Below are positions 1 through 8,338 of a stretch of 64,000 bases of DNA, piece after piece. The position numbers and the translations under genes are program-made. The stretch is from contig OZ251464.1 in the NCBI GenBank assembly GCA_965242595.1, positions 1,278,235-1,342,234 of the forward strand. The letters are read 5' to 3'. Within the stretch, counting starts at the first letter, position 1. Each line of letters opens with the position of its first letter. The notes below the pieces were generated by a model, which had not been told where the DNA came from, searched no databases, and was given only the letters and a program-made list of their open reading frames with translations. The DNA comes from Alphaproteobacteria bacterium. Lineage in GTDB: Bacteria > Pseudomonadota > Alphaproteobacteria > SP197.

Positions 1-72
1 GGCCGCCACCAGCGCACGGGCGCTGCCATCGCCCGGCAGCAGATCGTCGCCCGTGACCTTGCCTTCGCTCAT
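1..72 (-). CDS. 5-prime end of an unidentified gene (MSEGKVTGDDLLPGDGSARALVAA...), truncated by the window edge
   Basis: ATG at 72-70 on the minus strand overlaps the TGA of the upstream dsbB-like gene (ATGA overlap), suggesting translational coupling. Only 24 codons are visible. Confidence 0.3.
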   Translation of the reverse strand, partial: MSEGKVTGDDLLPGDGSARALVAA

Positions 73-569
73 CGCCCTTTCCCCGCCTCGCGCGCGCCGG
101 CCAGCGCGGCCAGCCCCAGCCCCAGCGACAGCACGACATTCCAGCCCGCCATGGAAAGCCCGGCCAGCGACCACGGCACCAGGTCGCAACGCGCCGGCTC
201 CGTCGCCATCAGCAGCGCCTCCAGCTCCTGGATGCTGTCGGCGGCGATGGCGGCACCGTCGCAGAAGGCGCTTTCGATCCAGTGTTGTTCGACGGCGACA
301 TGATAGAAGGCGATGGCGGCTCCGGCGAGAAAGGCGACGGCCGTCGCCGCCAGCAGCCACGGCCCGGCCCGGTGCCCGCCCGCCAGCAAGGCGGCCAGGC
401 CGGCGGTCAGCGACGCGCCATGGGCCCAGCGTTGGGCGATGCACAGCGGGCACGGCGCCAGCCCCTCGACATATTGGAAATAGAAGGCGGCGGCCAGCAG
501 GGCGCCGCTGGCGGCGGCCAGCAGCCCGCCCAGCAGAGGCGGGGAGGGCAGGCGCGCGCCGGCCTTCAT
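69..569 (-). CDS. dsbB: DsbB-like disulfide bond formation protein (membrane thiol-disulfide oxidoreductase)
   Basis: ORF translation MKAGARLPSPPLLGGLLAAASGALLAAAFYFQYVEGLAPCPLCIAQRW... has four hydrophobic segments. It has a CPLC motif in the first periplasmic loop and a second Cys pair (C..ARC) in the second loop. Start taken at the internal Met, 17 bp after the yqaA-like stop. Confidence 0.55.
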   Translation of the reverse strand: MKAGARLPSPPLLGGLLAAASGALLAAAFYFQYVEGLAPCPLCIAQRWAHGASLTAGLAALLAGGHRAGPWLLAATAVAFLAGAAIAFYHVAVEQHWIESAFCDGAAIAADSIQELEALLMATEPARCDLVPWSLAGLSMAGWNVVLSLGLGLAALAGAREAGKGR

Positions 570-585
570 GCCGCCCCGCCGCCCG

Positions 586-1167
586 CTAAAAAAGCCACGA
601 TAGCGCCGCGAAACCGGCGACCAGGGCCGCGAAGGCGACCGTGACCGCCAGCCCCAGGCGTTTCTCGATGAAGGCGCGCACCGGCGGCCCGAAACAGGCC
701 AGCAGCACCGCCTGGATGCCAAAGCGCAGGCCGCGCGAGACGGCCGAGGCCAGCACGAAGACCATCATGTCCAGGCCGGCCGCGCCCGAGGCGATGGTGA
801 CAACCTTGTAGGGGATGGGCGTGAAGCCGCCAGCGAAGACGATCCAGGCCCCCCAGGCATCGTAAAGCCGGGCAAACTCGCCATAGGCCTCCTGATAGCC
901 GTAGAAGGCCAGGATCGGCCGCCCGATGAACTCGTAAAGCAGGGCACCGATGGCATAGCCGGCCACCCCGCCCGCCACCGTGCCCGCCGTCGCCACGACG
1001 GCCGCCAGCCAGGCCCGGCGCGGATTGGCGAACATCACCGGCAGCAGCAGCGCCTCGACGGGGATGGGAAAGAACGAGGCCTCGACGAAGGCAAGCGCGG
1101 CCAGCCACCACAGCGCATGGCGGTGCGCCGCAAGGCGCATGGTGGCATGGTAAAGGCGTTGCAGCAT
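586..1167 (-). CDS. DedA/YqaA family inner membrane protein
   Basis: ALWWLAALAFVEASFFPIPVEALLLP... matches the YqaA/DedA N-terminal pattern (LFxxSFLSATLLPGxSE). It is hydrophobic throughout. An alternative start lies at 1140. Confidence 0.65.
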   Translation of the reverse strand: MLQRLYHATMRLAAHRHALWWLAALAFVEASFFPIPVEALLLPVMFANPRRAWLAAVVATAGTVAGGVAGYAIGALLYEFIGRPILAFYGYQEAYGEFARLYDAWGAWIVFAGGFTPIPYKVVTIASGAAGLDMMVFVLASAVSRGLRFGIQAVLLACFGPPVRAFIEKRLGLAVTVAFAALVAGFAALSWLF

Positions 1168-1375
1168 GGCCGGGGGCTGCTTCCAGCATGGCGAGGGGCG
1201 GGCCGTGATAGCGCGCCCGGCCTGCCCTGTCATCCGCCCGCCCCCGGAGCCTGTGAGAGGGCGTCGTCATAGGCGCGCGAACCGACCGCCCGGCCCGTTT
1301 GACCCCTGGCGGGCGCGCCCTATCTTTGCGAGCCGGCTTCGCGGGGGGGGAGCCGTCCGCAGGTGGGAGCGCAGC

Positions 1376-1746
1376 ATGGGTGTCGTGCATGTCGTCGTGA
1401 CCGTCCGCAACCCGGCCGAGCCGGCCAGAAGCTGGCAAGGACCGTTCCTGGTCGATAGCGGCGCTATCGACTCCCTGGCGCCGAGGCAGCATCTGGAGGC
1501 CTTCGGCCCAAGGGACGGCGCGTCTATGAGACAGCCGACGGGCGCAAGGTGGAGCTGGACGTCACCACCGCGGACATCGAGGTCATGGGCGAGGTGACGG
1601 CGGGGCTTGTCGTCGTCGGCGACGACGAGGCCGAGCCGCTGTTGGGCGTGACGGTGCTGGAATCGGTGGGAATCGAAATCGATCCGCGCAACCAGCGGCT
1701 GAAGAAACTACCCGCCGTCCGGCTCAAGGCCCGGCAACCGTTGTGA
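1376..1746 (+). pseudogene. Retropepsin-like (clan AA, gag-asp_proteas / TIGR02281-type) aspartyl protease, apparently frameshifted
   Basis: Frame A (1376-1597) encodes MGVVHVVVTVRNPAEPARSWQGPFLVDSGAIDSLAPRQHLEAFGP, with a D(S/T)GA active-site motif. A second frame (about 1515-1746) encodes RRVYETADGRKVELDVTTADIEVMGEVTAGLVVVGDDEAEPLLGVTVLESVGIEIDPRNQRL, which matches the C-terminal half of this roughly 125-aa family. The two halves join if one base is gained or lost near 1505-1530 (cccaaggg). Confidence 0.5.
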
Positions 1747-1773
1747 CAAGACGGCCCCGCCGCCCGGAACGCT

Positions 1774-2232
1774 TCAGGCCGCTTCGCCGACGCTCAGCGT
1801 GACGCGTTTGCCAAAGCGGCGCAGGGCGTCGTCCAGCGTGGCGGTCCTGGTGGCGTGGTCCGGATTCAACATGCGCCGCGCTTCGCTTTCGGCGATGCCC
1901 AGTTCGCATGCCAGGCGGCGCTGCGACATGCCGGTCTGGCGCCACGCCTGGTAGAACGCCGCCTTCAAGGCGATCTGCACTGGCGGCGCCACCAGCGCCC
2001 GCCGCTGCGCTGCTCCCGGGCTGCGGCAGGGCGAGGGCCGAGGCAAGGCCCGGCCCTCGCGCATGGTGGTGGCGATCAACTCCCGCAGCAGGTCCCGCGC
2101 CTCGGCCAGAGCTTCGGCGCGGTTGGCGCCGTCGCTGGCGCCCCAGCCGAAATCGGGAAAGGTCACAACATGGCGGCCGTCCTCGTCGCGCTCGATTTCG
2201 GCCGGATAGTTGAATGTAGCAGGCATTCTCAT
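1774..2232 (-). CDS. hicB: HicB family antitoxin (type II TA) with C-terminal HTH domain
   Basis: MRMPATFNYPAEIERDEDGRHVVTFPDFGWGASDGANRAEALAEARDLL... is an RNase H-like HicB N-domain. The C-terminus carries an XRE-type HTH (GMSQRRLACELGIAESEARRML). The gene lies immediately downstream of hicA on the same strand. Confidence 0.7.
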   Translation of the reverse strand: MRMPATFNYPAEIERDEDGRHVVTFPDFGWGASDGANRAEALAEARDLLRELIATTMREGRALPRPSPCRSPGAAQRRALVAPPVQIALKAAFYQAWRQTGMSQRRLACELGIAESEARRMLNPDHATRTATLDDALRRFGKRVTLSVGEAA

Positions 2233-2284
2233 CTTCCCCACATATCCAGAATCGATATCTTCAATTGGTATCTTCAGCCGCTCT

Positions 2285-2515
2285 TCAAAAATCCTCCCGG
2301 TCGATTCCAAGATCGGAAAGCATCTTGGCGAGCAATCCCTTGCCGATCTCTTTCCTGCGATCCTTGACGGTGGTCTTATGGTCACCGACATGAAGTGTCC
2401 CATGGGAGCCCGACCCGCTGGATGCCAGAAATCTCACGTCCATATCACGGAGCCTGGCCCATTTGCGCACCCTCTTTATGAAGACACGGCCATTCACTGT
2501 CCTGTCTCTGCGCAC
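2285..2515 (-). CDS. hicA: HicA family mRNA interferase toxin (type II TA)
   Basis: 76-aa ORF with the GSGSHGTLHVGDHKTTVKDRRKEIGKGLLAKMLSDLGI pattern (GSH...TVP.H...EI.G.L..IL...GL of the YcfA/HicA fold). Confidence 0.7.
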   Translation of the reverse strand: MRRDRTVNGRVFIKRVRKWARLRDMDVRFLASSGSGSHGTLHVGDHKTTVKDRRKEIGKGLLAKMLSDLGIDREDF

Positions 2516-2605
2516 AAAAATGCGCGCATGTCAACCCTCCGCCGATGGCCCGGGCGACGATCCAGCGATGGGGAGGGAAGGGCAGCTCCGAAATCTCCGC
2601 CATGC

Positions 2606-3052
2606 TCAGGCGGCGGCGGGCATCTCGCGCGGGGGCGGCAGCATCACCAGGGCTTCGCCTTCGATCACCACCGCCTTATCGACGGTGCACACGGTCTCCA
2701 GGGTCAGGCGGCGCCGGGCCGGGTCGATCCGCTTGACCGTGACCGTGGCCGTCACCGTATCGCCCACCCGGACCGGCGCGTTGAAGCGCAGCGACTGGCC
2801 CATATAGATCGCGCCCGGCCCCGGCAGGCGGGTGCCGATCACCGTGGAGATATAGCTGGCGGAGAGCAGGCCATGGGCGATGCGCCCCTTGAACATCGTG
2901 GCGGCGGCATAGGCATCGTCGATATGAACCGGATTGTCGTCGCCCGACACGCCGACAAAGCGCTGAATGTCGTCGTCGGTGACGGTGCGGCTGTAGCTGT
3001 CCTGCTGGCCGACCCGGAGGTCGGCGAAACGGTCGGCGGCGGCTGACTCCAT
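2606..3052 (-). CDS. MaoC-like (R)-specific enoyl-CoA hydratase / dehydratase (hot-dog fold)
   Basis: MESAAADRFADLRVGQQDSYSRTVTDDDIQRFVGVSGDDNPVHIDDAYAAATMFKGRIAHGLLS... shows the classic MaoC dehydratase motif (DxNPxHxD...G.IAHG). Confidence 0.7.
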   Translation of the reverse strand: MESAAADRFADLRVGQQDSYSRTVTDDDIQRFVGVSGDDNPVHIDDAYAAATMFKGRIAHGLLSASYISTVIGTRLPGPGAIYMGQSLRFNAPVRVGDTVTATVTVKRIDPARRRLTLETVCTVDKAVVIEGEALVMLPPPREMPAAA

Positions 3053-3211
3053 GATCGATCTCCGCAATGTCTCCCGGAATGCGCACGCCGCCGCCCCTGG
3101 CACGGTCCCCCCGCAGGCGGCGATGTGTGCGGCGCACAATAACCGCGCGGGCGGGCAGGCGCAACCGGGGCAGGGCGCCTGTTGCGGCGCAACAGGAATG
3201 GCGGCGCAGTG

Positions 3212-4375
3212 TCACCGGCGGGGGGGATGCCGGCGCCGCCGGCGCCGTTCTTCGCCCCGGGCAGGGGCGGCGGCCCGGGTCAGGCCCAGCGCCGTCCGGA
3301 TCGCCTCCAGACTGGGCCGCCCGGCGGGGCGATAGCCCTCCAGCGCCTGGGCCAGCGCCGCGATATGGCCGGGCGTGGCGCCGCAGCAGCCGCCCACGAT
3401 GCGCGCCCCGGCGTCGCGGGCCAGGCGGCCATAGCGCGCCATCGCCTGCGGCGTGCCGGAATAGCGCATCTCGCCATCGACATAGCGGGGCACGCCGCAA
3501 TTGGCCTTGGCGACCAGCACCGGTCCGGAGTCGCTTCCGGCATCTTCGGCGGCTTCGGCGATGCCGGCCACCGCCGCCACCAGCTCGCCGAAGCCGTTGC
3601 CGCAATTGGCGCCGCAGGCGGCCAGGGCGGGCTGGCAGGTGGCGAAGAACGCCGCCGCCTGCGCCGGCGTTATCCCCATCATGGTGCGCCCGTTGGTGTC
3701 GAAGGTCATGGTGCAGATCAGGGGCAGGGCGCGCCCCGTCGCCGATACCGCCATCGTTCCCCGGGCCGCCCCCTGGATGGCGGCCTCCACCTCTTCCCTG
3801 GACGACATGGTCTCGATCCAGATGACATCGGCCCCGCCCGCCGCCAGGGCCGCCGCCTGTTCGGCGAACACCTCGAACGCCTCGCGCTGTGTCAGCGGCC
3901 CCAGCGGCGCCATCAGGGCGCCGGTCGGCCCCATGGCGCCTGCCACCAGCAGCGGGCGCGCGGCCTCGTCGGCGGCCCGGCGCGCCAGTCTGGCAGCGGC
4001 GCGGTCGATCTCGTCCGTCCGCTCGCCGGCCCCGTGCAGCGCCAGCCGCAGCCGGTTGCCGCCGAAGCTGTTGGTAAGGAGGATATCGGCGCCGGCAGCG
4101 ACCATCGCCCGGTGGTGGTCCAGCACGCTTTCGGGCCGCTCCAGGTTCCACAGCTCGGGCGCGTCACCGGTCTCCAGGCCGCGCGCGAACAGGTTGGTGC
4201 CGGTGGCGCCGTCGGCGATCGGCGCCTCGCGGCGGGCGAGCAGCCAGGCCAGGCGCTCGCCATGGGGCAATTCCCGGAAGCTCACCTCGTGGAAGGTCAC
4301 GGCGAGGCCCTGCCCGGCTGGTGCCGGTGGCGGTTTTGCCACGCCCGCCCCGCCCCGGCAAGCGCTGCGCCCCAA
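3212..4375 (-). CDS. Homocysteine S-methyltransferase family protein (betaine/S-methylmethionine-homocysteine methyltransferase-like)
   Basis: PIADGATGTNLF... and a C-terminal ...NCGVPRY...GGCCGATPGHIAALAQ zinc/Hcy-binding region are typical of Pfam S-methyl_trans. The exact start is uncertain (ATG 4375, or a downstream GTG). Confidence 0.7.
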   Translation of the reverse strand: MGRSACRGGAGVAKPPPAPAGQGLAVTFHEVSFRELPHGERLAWLLARREAPIADGATGTNLFARGLETGDAPELWNLERPESVLDHHRAMVAAGADILLTNSFGGNRLRLALHGAGERTDEIDRAAARLARRAADEAARPLLVAGAMGPTGALMAPLGPLTQREAFEVFAEQAAALAAGGADVIWIETMSSREEVEAAIQGAARGTMAVSATGRALPLICTMTFDTNGRTMMGITPAQAAAFFATCQPALAACGANCGNGFGELVAAVAGIAEAAEDAGSDSGPVLVAKANCGVPRYVDGEMRYSGTPQAMARYGRLARDAGARIVGGCCGATPGHIAALAQALEGYRPAGRPSLEAIRTALGLTRAAAPARGEERRRRRRHPPRR

Positions 4376-4407
4376 AGCAAAGCGGGGCTCCCTTCCCAGG
4401 GAGCCCC
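4370..4407 (-). terminator. Rho-independent terminator-like hairpin on the minus strand (perfect 10-bp stem GGGGCTCCCT/AGGGAGCCCC, loop GGGA, then GCTTTGCTTTGG)
   Basis: Seen directly in the sequence at 4384-4407 plus a U-rich tail (minus-strand sense). It lies between the small ORF 4452-4583 and the homocysteine methyltransferase gene. Confidence 0.45.
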
Positions 4408-4451
4408 GCCGGGGGGATGGTCGGCGCCGCTCGCCGATCGGCGCTGCGGGG

Positions 4452-4583
4452 TCAGGAGATCAGCGGCCGCAGCGCGTTGAAGGCCGCCCCGAAGGGCGAA
4501 AGCGGCCGCTGCCGCTGTTCCATCCTGCGGCGATGCTCGTAGCTGTCGCCATCATGGGTGCGTGCGATCGAAAACCTGGTCAT
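4452..4583 (-). CDS. Small ORF (43 aa, MTRFSIARTHDGDSYEHRRRMEQRQRPLSPFGAAFNALRPLIS) with a strong RBS
   Basis: GGAGACTTCCC precedes the ATG, and a terminator hairpin follows. No family recognised. Confidence 0.35.
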   Translation of the reverse strand: MTRFSIARTHDGDSYEHRRRMEQRQRPLSPFGAAFNALRPLIS

Positions 4584-4696
4584 GGGAAGTCTCCTCGTCC
4601 GATCCTGCGGCGGGCAGGCCATCCCGCCATCTCGCCGCAAGTCCGTCACAACCTCATATAGTGTGCCGGGGCGCCCGGGAGCACTGCAAAGACGGC

Positions 4697-5662
4697 ATGG
4701 CCGCCATGCGTCCCGCCGCCCCCTTGCCTCCGGCCCCGCCCCGGCCCGACACTGGCGCCATGGAAGGCTTTGTCGCCAGGCGTGATCTGTGCTCCTTCGC
4801 CCGGCTGCGGGCGCTGTCGAAGCGCTCCGACGCCAGGGGCCTGGCGCAGCTGGCGAGCCACGGCGCGGCCATCGCCGCCGCGGCGGCGGCGTTGCAGGCA
4901 TGGGGCGAGACCTGGTGGCTGGCCCTGCCCTTGCAGGCGGTGCTGGGGGTTCTGATAGCCTTCCTGTTCTGCCCGCTGCACGAGACCATCCACCGCACCG
5001 CCTTCGCCAGCCGCTGGCTGAACGACGGCCTCGCCTGGCTGCTGGGCTTCGCCGTGCTGCTGCCGTCGCTGTGGTTCCGCTGCTACCATTTCGAACATCA
5101 CCGCCTGACCGGCCGGGAGGGCGACCCGGAACTGGCCGAGGCCAAACCCGCCACCAGGGCCGGCCTGCTGTTCTATCTTACCGGCCTCAGGTCGTTCTGG
5201 TGGGCCGCCGCCGCCGCCCTGGCCCGCCATGCGACCGGGCGCGTCGGCGACCGTTTCGTGCCCCGGGCCCTGCGGGCGCGAATCGCCTGGCAGGCGCGCT
5301 GCTATCTCGCCGGCTACGGCCTGATCGCCGGCGGCGCCCTGGCCGCCGGCAGCTGGGCGCCCATCGCCTTCTGGCTGGCGCCGCTGGCGCTGGGCACGCC
5401 CGCCCTGCGACTTTATCTGCTGGCCGAACACACCCTGCTGCCCCGGGGCGCCGACATGCTGGCCAACACCCGCACCATGGCCACCTCCGCCCCGCTGCGC
5501 TGGTTGGCCTGGCAGATGCCCTACCACACCGAACACCACCTGTTCCCCGCGCTGCCGTTCCACGCCCTGGCCAGGGCGTATCGCCTGGTCGCCCCCCGTC
5601 ACGGCCCTGCCGTTGCCGGCTATGGCGCCTTTGCCCGCAGCTGCTGGGCCAGCCTGGATTAG
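4697..5662 (+). CDS. Fatty acid desaturase family protein (membrane di-iron, three His boxes)
   Basis: His boxes HETIH, HFEHH and HTEHH, with multiple TM segments. Start chosen at MAAMRPAAP; MEGFVARR at 4760 is an alternative. Confidence 0.7.
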   Translation: MAAMRPAAPLPPAPPRPDTGAMEGFVARRDLCSFARLRALSKRSDARGLAQLASHGAAIAAAAAALQAWGETWWLALPLQAVLGVLIAFLFCPLHETIHRTAFASRWLNDGLAWLLGFAVLLPSLWFRCYHFEHHRLTGREGDPELAEAKPATRAGLLFYLTGLRSFWWAAAAALARHATGRVGDRFVPRALRARIAWQARCYLAGYGLIAGGALAAGSWAPIAFWLAPLALGTPALRLYLLAEHTLLPRGADMLANTRTMATSAPLRWLAWQMPYHTEHHLFPALPFHALARAYRLVAPRHGPAVAGYGAFARSCWASLD

Positions 5663-5670
5663 CGGCGCCG

Positions 5671-6381
5671 GTGGGGGAGCGTTTCGTCCTTTCGCGCCAG
5701 AGCCTGGCCAGCGGCGCGCTTTCGCCCCATCTGGAGGCGGCCGCGGCGGCCGGCCTGATCGAGTTGCTGCCGGAGGAGGAGCGCGAGGCCAGTCGCCGCC
5801 ACATGCTGGCCGCCCATCCGCCGGGGCGCGACCTTTATGTCTTCGCCTGCGGCTCGCTGATGTGGAATCCCGCCTGCGATGTGGCGGCGGCGCTGCCGGC
5901 CCTGGTTCGAGGCTGGCACCGCCGCTTCAATCTGTGGACCCATCTGGGGCGTGGAACGGCGGCCTTTCCCGGCCTGGCGCTGGGGCTGGAGCCGGGCGGG
6001 GCCTGCCGCGGCCTGGCCCTGCGCATCGCCGCCGCCAGGGTGGAATCGGAAACCCGCCTGATCTGGCGGCGCGAGATGCTGGCCGGCGCCTACCGTCCGG
6101 TATGGCTCCAGGTCCGGCTGGCCACCGGCCCCGCCGCCGCCATCGGCTTTGCCATCGACCGTAGCTATCGTCGCTATGGCCACCGCATCCCCTTCGCCGT
6201 GCAGGCCCGCCATCTCGCCCTGGCCGAAGGGCCGCTGGGGCCGGCCATCGAATATCTGGAAAACACCGTGGCGGCGCTGGACGCCATGGGCCAGAGGCGC
6301 GGGCCGATGCACGATCTGCTGCGCGCGGCCCGCGCCTGGCGCCGCCACCATCGCCATCGCCTCCTGGGCCGGGGCCCGTGA
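5671..6381 (+). CDS. chaC: ChaC-like gamma-glutamylcyclotransferase
   Basis: DLYVFACGSLMWNP...GWHRRFNLWTHLGRGT matches the ChaC core (VWIFGYGSLMWNP). The N-terminal LSRQSLASG resembles E. coli ChaC MITRDFL. GTG start; the stop overlaps the downstream DMT gene start (GTGA). Confidence 0.7.
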   Translation: MGERFVLSRQSLASGALSPHLEAAAAAGLIELLPEEEREASRRHMLAAHPPGRDLYVFACGSLMWNPACDVAAALPALVRGWHRRFNLWTHLGRGTAAFPGLALGLEPGGACRGLALRIAAARVESETRLIWRREMLAGAYRPVWLQVRLATGPAAAIGFAIDRSYRRYGHRIPFAVQARHLALAEGPLGPAIEYLENTVAALDAMGQRRGPMHDLLRAARAWRRHHRHRLLGRGP

Positions 6382-7346
6382 GCGACCCGCCGCAGCGTGG
6401 TGCCGCCCCCGGGACCGAACCCGTGGGCAGGCCCCAGGACAAACCCCTGCAGGGCATCGTTCTGATCGTGGTTGCGGTCGGCATCTGGGCGCTGCACGAC
6501 GCCGCCGCCAAATGGTATGCCGCCTTCTACCCGGTGTTCGTCATCCTGTTCTGGCGCAGCCTGTTCGGCGCCCTGCCGGTGTTCCTGCTGGCCAGCCGCC
6601 AGGGCGGTTTGCAGCGCATGACGGCCCGTCTGCATGTGCTGTGCCTGCTGCGCGGCACCGCCGGCTTCGGCGCCTTCGCCTGCTTCGTCTTCGCCCTGCC
6701 GTTGATGCCGCTGGCCGATGCCTTGGCCGTGGCCATGGCGGCGCCGATCTTCATCACCGCCGCCGCCGCCTTCGTGCTGAAGGAGCCGGTGGGTCCCCAT
6801 CGCTGGGGCGCGGTGCTGGCTGGCTTCGCGGCGGTGCTGTTCATGCTGCGCCCCGGCGGCGACATCCCGCTGGACGGCGCCGCCCTGCTGCTGGCCAGCA
6901 TCCTGTTTTTCACCACCGCCATGATGATGACCCGCCATCTGGGCCGGGTCGTCACCACCGCCTCGCTCACCATCTACACGGCCATCGCCTTTGCCGTGCT
7001 CAGCGCCATCGGCGCCGCCTTTTCCTGGACCTGGCCGCAATGGCAGGACGGCCTGGTGCTGGCGGCGGTGGGGCTGATGGCGGGGCTGGCCCAATACGCC
7101 ATGACGGCCGCCTTCCGCATCGCCCCGCCGGCCGTGCTGGCGCCGTTCGAATATACCGGCCTGGTGTGGGGCATCCTGCTGGGCCTGCTGCTGTGGAACG
7201 AATGGCCCAGCCCCGACATGGCGGTCGGCGCCGGCGTCATCGTCGCCTCGGGCCTCTATATCGTCTATCGCGAGCGCCTGGCCGCCCGACGCCGCCGCGC
7301 CGGAAAGGGGCGTGGCACAGCAGCACGCCCCCGTGCTGCGTCATAA
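6378..7346 (+). CDS. DMT superfamily (EamA-like) transporter, 10 TM
   Basis: Two EamA-like halves with characteristic hydrophobic periodicity. The C-terminal codons and stop codon are supplied by the first copy of the palindromic repeat cluster at 7321. Confidence 0.75.
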   Translation: MSDPPQRGAAPGTEPVGRPQDKPLQGIVLIVVAVGIWALHDAAAKWYAAFYPVFVILFWRSLFGALPVFLLASRQGGLQRMTARLHVLCLLRGTAGFGAFACFVFALPLMPLADALAVAMAAPIFITAAAAFVLKEPVGPHRWGAVLAGFAAVLFMLRPGGDIPLDGAALLLASILFFTTAMMMTRHLGRVVTTASLTIYTAIAFAVLSAIGAAFSWTWPQWQDGLVLAAVGLMAGLAQYAMTAAFRIAPPAVLAPFEYTGLVWGILLGLLLWNEWPSPDMAVGAGVIVASGLYIVYRERLAARRRRAGKGRGTAARPRAAS

Positions 7347-7437
7347 AGCAGAGTCCGGCACGCCCTCGTGCTGCGTCATAAAACAGAGTCCAGCACGCCC
7401 TCGTGCTGCGCCGCGCCCGGCACCGTGCTATGCTGCG
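7321..7437. repeat. Tandem array (3 copies plus a degenerate 4th) of a 35-bp unit containing a palindrome: CAGCACGCCC(C/T)CGTGCTGCGTCATAAA(A/G)CAGAGTCC
   Basis: Seen directly. 7-bp stem CAGCACG/CGTGCTG with a 4-nt loop. The same core, inverted, recurs at 8904-9000. Confidence 0.7.
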
Positions 7438-7457
7438 CCCGTCGAGGGAGGAGAGGG

Positions 7458-7874
7458 ATGAGCGAGACCATCGTCGGCGGCTGCCAGTGTGGCGCCGTGC
7501 GCTACCGGCTTTCGGCCCCCGTGCAGCGGGTGGAACACTGCCACTGCTCCATGTGCCGGCGGCTGCACGGGGCGCTGTTCACCAGCTTCGGCGTCGCGCG
7601 GCGTGCCGATTTCCAGCTGGAAGGCGAAGACGCCCTGGGCGACTACCCCAGCTCGCCCGGCGTCCACCGCCGTTTCTGCACCGCCTGCGGCGGCCAGATC
7701 GCGGTCGAGGTCGATACCAAGCCGGAGCAGATCGTCGTCTGCCTGGGCAGCCTGGATGCCGGCATGGCCCCTGGCCACGACCCGGCGGCGGAACGCCACG
7801 CCTGGTGGGGATCGAAGGTGGCCTGGTACGACCCCGGCGACAGCCTGCCCCGCCACCACGGTTCCGGAGGCTGA
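7458..7874 (+). CDS. GFA (glutathione-dependent formaldehyde-activating enzyme) / CENP-V family protein
   Basis: GGCQCGAVRY...CHCSMCRR...CTACG zinc-binding Cys pattern. Strong SD GGAGAGGG. Confidence 0.8.
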   Translation: MSETIVGGCQCGAVRYRLSAPVQRVEHCHCSMCRRLHGALFTSFGVARRADFQLEGEDALGDYPSSPGVHRRFCTACGGQIAVEVDTKPEQIVVCLGSLDAGMAPGHDPAAERHAWWGSKVAWYDPGDSLPRHHGSGG

Positions 7875-7875
7875 G

Positions 7876-8307
7876 ATGAACCCCACCGCCGCTTCCCCGC
7901 TGACCGGCGGCTGCCTGTGCGGCAGCGTCCGCTTCCAGCTCACCGCCCGCCCTTCCGATGTCTATCACTGCCACTGTTCCGTCTGCCGCAAATGCCAGGG
8001 CGCGCTTTACCCCACCTATGCCATGGTCCCCCGCGCCGACTTCCGCCTGGTGCAGGGCGCCGATGCCCTTTCCCGCTATGACAGCTCACCCAGCCTGCAC
8101 CGCCGTTTCTGCCCCACCTGCGGCGCCCATGTCTTCGCGGAGATGGACGATTCGCCCGACATCGTTTCGATCTGCGTCGCCAGCCTGGACGACGGCGCCG
8201 ACCCCGGCGGCAGGGAGGGGAGGGAGCGTCATATCTTCTGGGAATCGCGCTGCGGCTGGTACGAGCCGAACGACGCCCTGCCGCGCATGGTCGAGTTTGG
8301 CGACTAG
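7876..8307 (+). CDS. GFA/CENP-V family protein (tandem paralog)
   Basis: [10 protein letters not shown]...CHCSVCRK...CPTCG. SD GGAGG. Begins 1 nt after the upstream paralog stop. Confidence 0.8.
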   Translation: MNPTAASPLTGGCLCGSVRFQLTARPSDVYHCHCSVCRKCQGALYPTYAMVPRADFRLVQGADALSRYDSSPSLHRRFCPTCGAHVFAEMDDSPDIVSICVASLDDGADPGGREGRERHIFWESRCGWYEPNDALPRMVEFGD

Positions 8308-8338
8308 CGGCGGCTGAGCGGGCCGCAGCGACGGCAGC

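Noticed and set aside
2676-4151. 491-aa minus ORF
   Set aside because: No start context or motifs. It overlaps the MaoC and homocysteine methyltransferase genes in other frames. Judged a high-GC open-frame artefact.
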